This document shows positions 58,173 to 64,000 of a DNA stretch of 64,000 nucleotides, piece by piece (within the stretch, counting starts at the first letter, position 1; every line of letters begins with the position of its first letter). The translations under genes and the position numbers were made by a program. The DNA is from Anaeramoeba ignava BMAN. Its lineage: Eukaryota > Protista > Anaeramoebae. Under the pieces are notes generated by a model. The model saw only the letters and a list, made by a program, of their open reading frames with translations, was not told the origin of the DNA and made no database searches. The stretch covers positions 1 through 64,000 of the forward strand of contig JAPDFW010000112.1 of NCBI GenBank assembly GCA_028826165.1. The letters are read 5' to 3'.

Positions 58173-59034
58173 TTATTCTTGTCTTTTTCCAATGTAACCA
58201 AATACAGCTAGAAATAGAACAACTCCACAAACAAAAAATTCTGCAAATTCTTTCTTATTTATTAAATGATTTTTTTCTTGTTTTCCTGAAGAGAATTTTA
58301 AGCGTACGCTTACTACAAATTTTAATATAAATTTAATTTTAAATTCAAATATAATTTTAATTTAAATTTTTGGATTTGATTTTAATTTTAATTTTAAATT
58401 TAATTTTAATTTTAAATTTTAATTTTGAATTTAATTTCAATTTTAATTTTAATTTTATAAATGAATTTTAATTTTAATTTTAATTTTAATTTTAATTTTA
58501 ATTTTAATTTTAATTTTAATTTTAATTTTAATTTTAATATTAATTTTAATTTTAATTTTAATTTTTAATTTTAATTTTAATTTTAAATTTAATTTTAATT
58601 TTAATTTTAATATTAATTTTGATTTTAATTTTAATTTTATAATTTAATTTTGATTTTAATTTTATAATTTAATTTTGATTTTAATTTTAATTTTAATTTT
58701 AATATTAATTTTAATTTTAATATTAATATTAATTTTGATTTTAATTTTAATTTTGATTTTAATTTTAATTTTGATTTTAATTTTATAAATTAATTTTAAT
58801 TTTAATTTTATAAATGAATTTACCTGTTAAAATGAAAAATCCAACTGCTGAAATAAAAGCAGCTAAAAATGCATTAAAAGGAAAATTTCCTGCTACAATT
58901 ACATAAACAAACATCATAATTCCTGAAATAAACTGCCAAAGTAAAAAAGCATCAAATATTTTTAATGGAGCTGATGTTTGTGTTCGATATTCTTGTATTA
59001 ATTTTTTCACAATTTGAAAAAAAGTTAATGCCAT
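58173..59034 (-). CDS. DAD1: Oligosaccharyltransferase subunit DAD1/OST2; exons 59034-58824, 58312-58173
   Basis: LKIFDAFL...GNFPFNAFLAAFISAVGFFILT|VSVRL...EFAEFFVCGVVLFLAVFGYIG. Confidence 0.93.
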
Positions 59035-59099
59035 TTATTTAAAAAAAATTGAAAATTGAAAAATGAAAAAATGAAAAAATGAAAAAAAATTTTTTTATT

Positions 59100-59490
59100 T
59101 AAAAAAAGAAGAAAAAAATTTTAATTTAATTTTGAATTTGATTTTGAATTTGATTTTCATTTTGAATTTGAATTTTGATTTGAATTTGAATTTGATTTTG
59201 AATTTGGATTTGAATTTAATTTTGATTTTGGATTTGATTTTGATTTTGATTTTGAATTTGAATTTGAATTTGAATTTGAATTTGATTTTGAATTTGAATT
59301 TGATTTTGATTTTCATTTTGGATTTGAATTTTAATTTTAATTTTGATTTTGAATTTGATTTTGATTTTAATTTGTATTTGAATTTGAATTTGAATTTGAA
59401 TTTGAATTTGAATTTGAATTTGATTTTGAATTTGAATTTGATTTTGATTTTGGATTTGAATTTTATTTTGAATTTGAATTTGATTTAGAA
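59100..59490. repeat. Intergenic (TTTGAA/TTTGAT)n hexamer tract
   Basis: Lies between the RanBPM stop and the DAD1 start. Confidence 0.9.
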
Positions 59491-59497
59491 TTGAAGT

Positions 59498-62400
59498 TTA
59501 TTTTTTAACAATTTCACGAGCATTCAATAATCCAACAAAACCAGCATCAATATTCAACAAAGAGGAACAAATTTTTATAAAAACAAAATGTTTGAGCATT
59601 TTTTCAAGAAGAGAAGATTTTGGATGTTTTTCAAACTCCAATAATAATTCAATAGTTAAATTTGCAATAATTTCTCTTTCTTTTTGACTAAATAAATAAT
59701 TTAAAGGAGATTTTAAAGGATCTTTATAAGATAATAAAGATAAAATGCGCTGAATTTTTGTTCCTTGAATATATTGTTTCCATAATTCTCGATTTGCAAT
59801 TTTAAAATGTGTATCTTCTTTTTGTTTATCTTCTTTTTCTGAATTCATTAAATGCTTATTTTCGTTTTTTGGTTCTTGAAAAGCAAAATTGAAAAATCCT
59901 GGTTCAATAATTTCTTCATCAGGAAGGAAATTATAATTGATATTTGTTCTATTTCTATTTTGATTTCTATAACTATGTCCATTTCTATTTCTCCTATTTC
60001 TATTTCTATTTCTTTCTCTTATTGGACTTCTACTTCTTTCTCTTATTGGACTTCTACTTACTCTCCTTATTGGACTTCTACTTACTCTTCTTATTGGAGG
60101 ACTAATACTTCTTTCTCTTATTGGAGGACTAATACTTCTTTCTCTTATTGGAGGACTAATACTTCTTTCTCTTATTGGAGGACTAATACTTCTTTCTCTT
60201 ATTGGACTTCTACTTACTCTCCTTACTGGAGGACTAATACTTACTCTTCTTATTGGACTTCTACTTACTCTTCTTATTGGACTTCTACTTACTCTTCTTA
60301 CTGGACTTCTACTTACTCTCCTTATTGGACTTCTATTTACTCTTCTTATTGGACTTCTACTTACTCTTCTTATTGGAGGACTAATACTTCTTTCTCTTAT
60401 TGGAGGACTAATACTTCTTTCTCTTATTGGAGGACTAATACTTCTTTCTCTTATTGGAGGACTAATACTTCTTTCTCTTATTGGACTTCTACTTACTCTT
60501 CTTATTGGACTTCTACTTACTCTTCTTATTGGACTTCTACTTACTCTTCTTATTGGAGGACTAATACTTCTTTCTCTTATTGGAGGACTAATACTTCTTT
60601 CTCTTATTGGACTTCTACTTACTCTTCTTATTGGAGGACTTCTACTTACTCTCCTTATTGGACTTCTACTTACTCTTCTTACTGGACTTCTACTTACTCT
60701 CCTTATTGGACTTCTACTTACTCTCCTTATTGGAGGACTTCTACTTACTCTTCTTACTGGACTTCTACTTACTCTCCTTATTGGACTTCTACTTACTCTC
60801 CTTATTGGACTAATACTTACTCTTCTTATTGGAGGACTAATACTTACTCTCCTTGAAAAAATAGAACTAATACTTCTTTCTCTTATTGGACTAATACTTA
60901 CTCTCCTTATTGGAGGACTAATACTTACTCTTCTTATTGGACTAATACTTCTTTCTCTTATTGGACTAATACTTACTCTTCTTATTGGACTTCTACTTAC
61001 TCTCCTTATTGGACTTCTACTTACTCTCCTTATTGGACTTCTACTTACTCTTCTTACTGGACTTCTACTTACTCTTCTTATTGGACTTCTACTTACTCTT
61101 CTTACTGGACTTCTACTTACTCTTCTTACTGGACTTCTACTTACTCTTCTTACTGGACTTCTACTTACTCTTCTTATTGGACTTCTACTTACTCTTCTTA
61201 TTGGACTTCTACTTACTCTTCTTACAAAAACAGGACTAATACTTCTTTCTCTTATTGGACTTCTACTTACTCTTCTTATTGGACTTCTACTTACTCTCCT
61301 TATTGGACTTCTACTTACTCTTCTTATTGGACTTCTACTTACTCTCCTTGCAAAAATAGAACTAATACTTCTTTCTCTTATTGGACTAATACTTCTTTCT
61401 CTTACTGGACTAATACTTACTCTTCTTATTGGACTTCTACTTACTCTTCTTATTGGACTTCTACTTACTCTTCTTACTGGACTTCTACTTACTCTTCTTA
61501 CTGGACTTCTACTTACTCTTCTTACTGGACTTCTACTTACTCTTCTTATTGGACTTCTACTTACTCTCCTTACTGGACTAATACTTACTCTTCTTATTGG
61601 ACTTCTACTTACTCTCCTTACTGGACTTCTATTTACTCTCCTTACTGGACTTCTACTTACTCTTCTTACTGGACTTCTACTTACTCTTCTTATTGGACTT
61701 CTATTTACTCTTCTTATTGGACTAATACTTCTTTCTCTTATTGGACTTCTACTTACTCTTCTTACTGGACTTCTATTTACTCTTCTTACTGGACTTCTAC
61801 TTACTCTTCTTACTGGACTTCTACTTACTCTTCTGGAAATTAAATGAGGAAATCTTGACCTTCTATTAATTGCAGTTATACCCACTTGCCTTCTTATCAA
61901 AAATCCTCTTCTTTGTGGTCTATTTCTAATGTTTGGCATCATATAATTACTTTGGGTAAAATTCGAAAATTCGTTATCACTATCACTAGAGCTATCACTA
62001 GAACTATTAGTATTTATAAATGAATCTTCTGAATCACTCGATGTATCACTTGTTGTATCACTTGTTGAATCACTTGTTGAATCAACATCTAAAACCTCTC
62101 TTTCGGGAACAAATATCCTTGAAAATTCATCTCTTCTTCTTGTTGTTCTTTCTCTCGTCCTTCTGAGCCTTCTCAAAACTAATTCTCTTTCTCTATTGCG
62201 CTCAATTTCAACCTCTCTTTCTGCTAAACCCCTCGAAAACCTGTTATGACTTATACGCTCGTTTCGTGGAGAAATCCGATCCAAACCACCTCTACCAATT
62301 ATATGTTCATTTCTTGGTAAATGCGGAAAACGATTCGAAATTCTCCATTCAAGTCGATTTCTCAAATTATCATTAACTGAACGCCTTCTTGCTCTGGCAT

Positions 62401-63980
62401 CCATTTCGTTAAACATATCTATATTCAAAAACGAGGATATTTGCTCTCGAAATTCATTTTCATTTTCATTTTCATTTTCATTTTCATTTTCATTTTCATT
62501 TTCATTTTCATTTTCATTTTCATTTTCATTTTCATTTTCATTTTCAAATTCATCTTCATTTTTAATTCTTTGTCTCTTTTGATTTGTTTGAGGCTCATTT
62601 TCCTTTTTGGTTTTTATTTCTTTGCAAATGTATTCGTTCTCAATTTTTTGTTTCAATAAATTCAAATCTTTTCCCAACAAAATCAATGATTGAACATCAA
62701 GTTGATCATTCTGAATTTCCGCGATAAACTCTTGAGCTTTAAGAGCCAATAGCAAATCTTCTTGATTTTCCAAAAAACTTGGATAAGTTTGTTCCAAATT
62801 TGAAATTGCCTGCTTAATTTTCCCATCCAAAATCAACTGGAATATTTCCTTTCTGTTTTCAATTGATTTCTTGATATTCTGGATATTTGATATCTGAGGG
62901 AGTTCGTGCCCAAATGATTTGGATTGATTGATAAATGCCTGCAAAGTTTTAGAGTATCCTCTGTTGATTAAGTGAGACAAAACGAGTTCATTCCCAAACA
63001 AATTGATAAAATGAGAATCGGAAAATATTTCCAAAAAAATTTTTTTTTTCTGTTCGGAAATAAAATGCTGGATATCAAATTTAAATGGCGCATTTCCAAA
63101 ATTAGCTTTTAAAATTTCACCACGCGATCTAAATCCAACAAAAGGATAAAGTCTGACACCCAGATTAACATTTCGGAAGGCAATAGGCAAATCCTTTCCG
63201 TTTTTTGTGTAAAAAACAGATTTGTTGATGCAATTTAAACAGCATCCAATTATGTCACCAGTAGTGTAAGTGGGTCCATAAGGTGTTCCTCTTCCATGTG
63301 ATTCGAATTTCTTGCCATCATCTCCGTGGTATCCAAATGAATAAAAATCCCATCCTGGCATTCTATTTGTTGGGACTTTCTCTGCTGATAACCCAATTCC
63401 AATATATCCATGTTCTCCTGCTGAAATGATTGTCATTTCATAATAAAATATTCCGTTTGTGTTTAAAATTGGGTTGTCTGCTCGAATGGAAGCTGCTTCA
63501 CTATCATCTCTTCCTTTTTTTATTTTGTAGATGAATTATATTTTTAAGATATTTTTTTTTTGTTTAAAATTTATGTGTATTTTTACCTAATCCAGTATAA
63601 ATGACTTTTAATCCTTCATCTTCTAAATCAATTAACTTAGATTTATCTTGTAAATTAAATTTTTGAGGTTGTTTTGGGTATTTTTCATGGAGATATTCTG
63701 GGATCAATTTTTCAATTTCATTTTCAATTTCATTTTCAATTTCATTTTCGATTTCATTTTCAATTTCATTTTCAATTTCATTTTCGATTTCATTTTCAAT
63801 TTGAATTTGATTTTGATTTTCATTTTCATTTTCAATTTCATTTTCATTTTCAATTTGAATTTCAATTTCATTTTGATTTATATTTTCAATTTGATTTTGA
63901 TTTTCATTTTGATTTATATTTTCATTTTGATTTTCATTTTGATTTTGATTTTGATTTTGATTTTGATTTATAAATTGCAT
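59498..63980 (-). CDS. RanBPM/RanBP10/GID1 homolog (SPRY-LisH-CTLH-CRA) with large low-complexity insertion; exons 63980-63587, 63513-59498
   Basis: [11 protein letters not shown]...FYYEM...YIGIGL...RMPGWD...GYHGDDG...[13 protein letters not shown] (SPRY); [10 protein letters not shown] (LisH); [14 protein letters not shown]...LKAQEF (CTLH); LSLLSYKDP...SPL...REIIA...LEKML (CRA). The start codon is near the window edge and may lie further upstream. Confidence 0.9.
60005..61835 (-). repeat. Coding 24/27-nt tandem repeat encoding RRVSRSP(I/V), RERSISP(P)I
   Basis: About 75 in-frame units. Confidence 0.95.
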
Positions 63981-64000
63981 AATAATAAAAAAAGAAAAAA

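Noticed and set aside
59852-61239. Plus-strand ORFs ([16 protein letters not shown])
   Set aside because: Antisense shadows of the coding RRVSRSP repeat.
10687-63586. U12 or AT-AC introns
   Set aside because: All assigned introns are GT-AG and none has the RTATCCT donor.

Overview
Extremely AT-rich, gene-dense eukaryotic genomic DNA with GT-AG introns and the standard genetic code. The TCA(Y)(T/A) initiator-like elements, expanded BTB/RCC1/TLDc families and (NE/NQ)n tracts suggest an anaerobic metamonad amoeba such as Anaeramoeba, but this is inference only. About 20 genes could be assembled by hand: a disrupted RNF213-like AAA gene, a Sfp-type PPTase, NTF2, a Tweety-like 5-TM protein, a degenerate mitochondrial-carrier-like protein, NT-C2+DIL, BTB-BACK+alpha/beta domain, five tandem DHA1/TetA-like MFS transporters split by a 10-kb block of intronless RCC1-BTB and BTB-TLDc genes, a metallophosphoesterase, AMPK-gamma, a pseudo-RhoGAP, DAD1 and a RanBPM/GID1 homolog. 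Main unexplained patterns: (i) large introns each filled with their own tandem repeat and almost G-free on the pre-mRNA strand, with AAG/TAG but no CAG acceptors; (ii) one homologous intron ranging from 68 to 2031 nt across the five MFS paralogs; (iii) an inverted RCC1-BTB pair that varies mainly at equivalent propeller loops; (iv) about 75 RRVSRSP(I/V) repeats inserted in the CTLH/GID scaffold. Several frameshifts sit in or near homopolymer runs and may be assembly errors. No RNA genes, CRISPR arrays, transposases or inteins were seen. All exon boundaries were read by eye.
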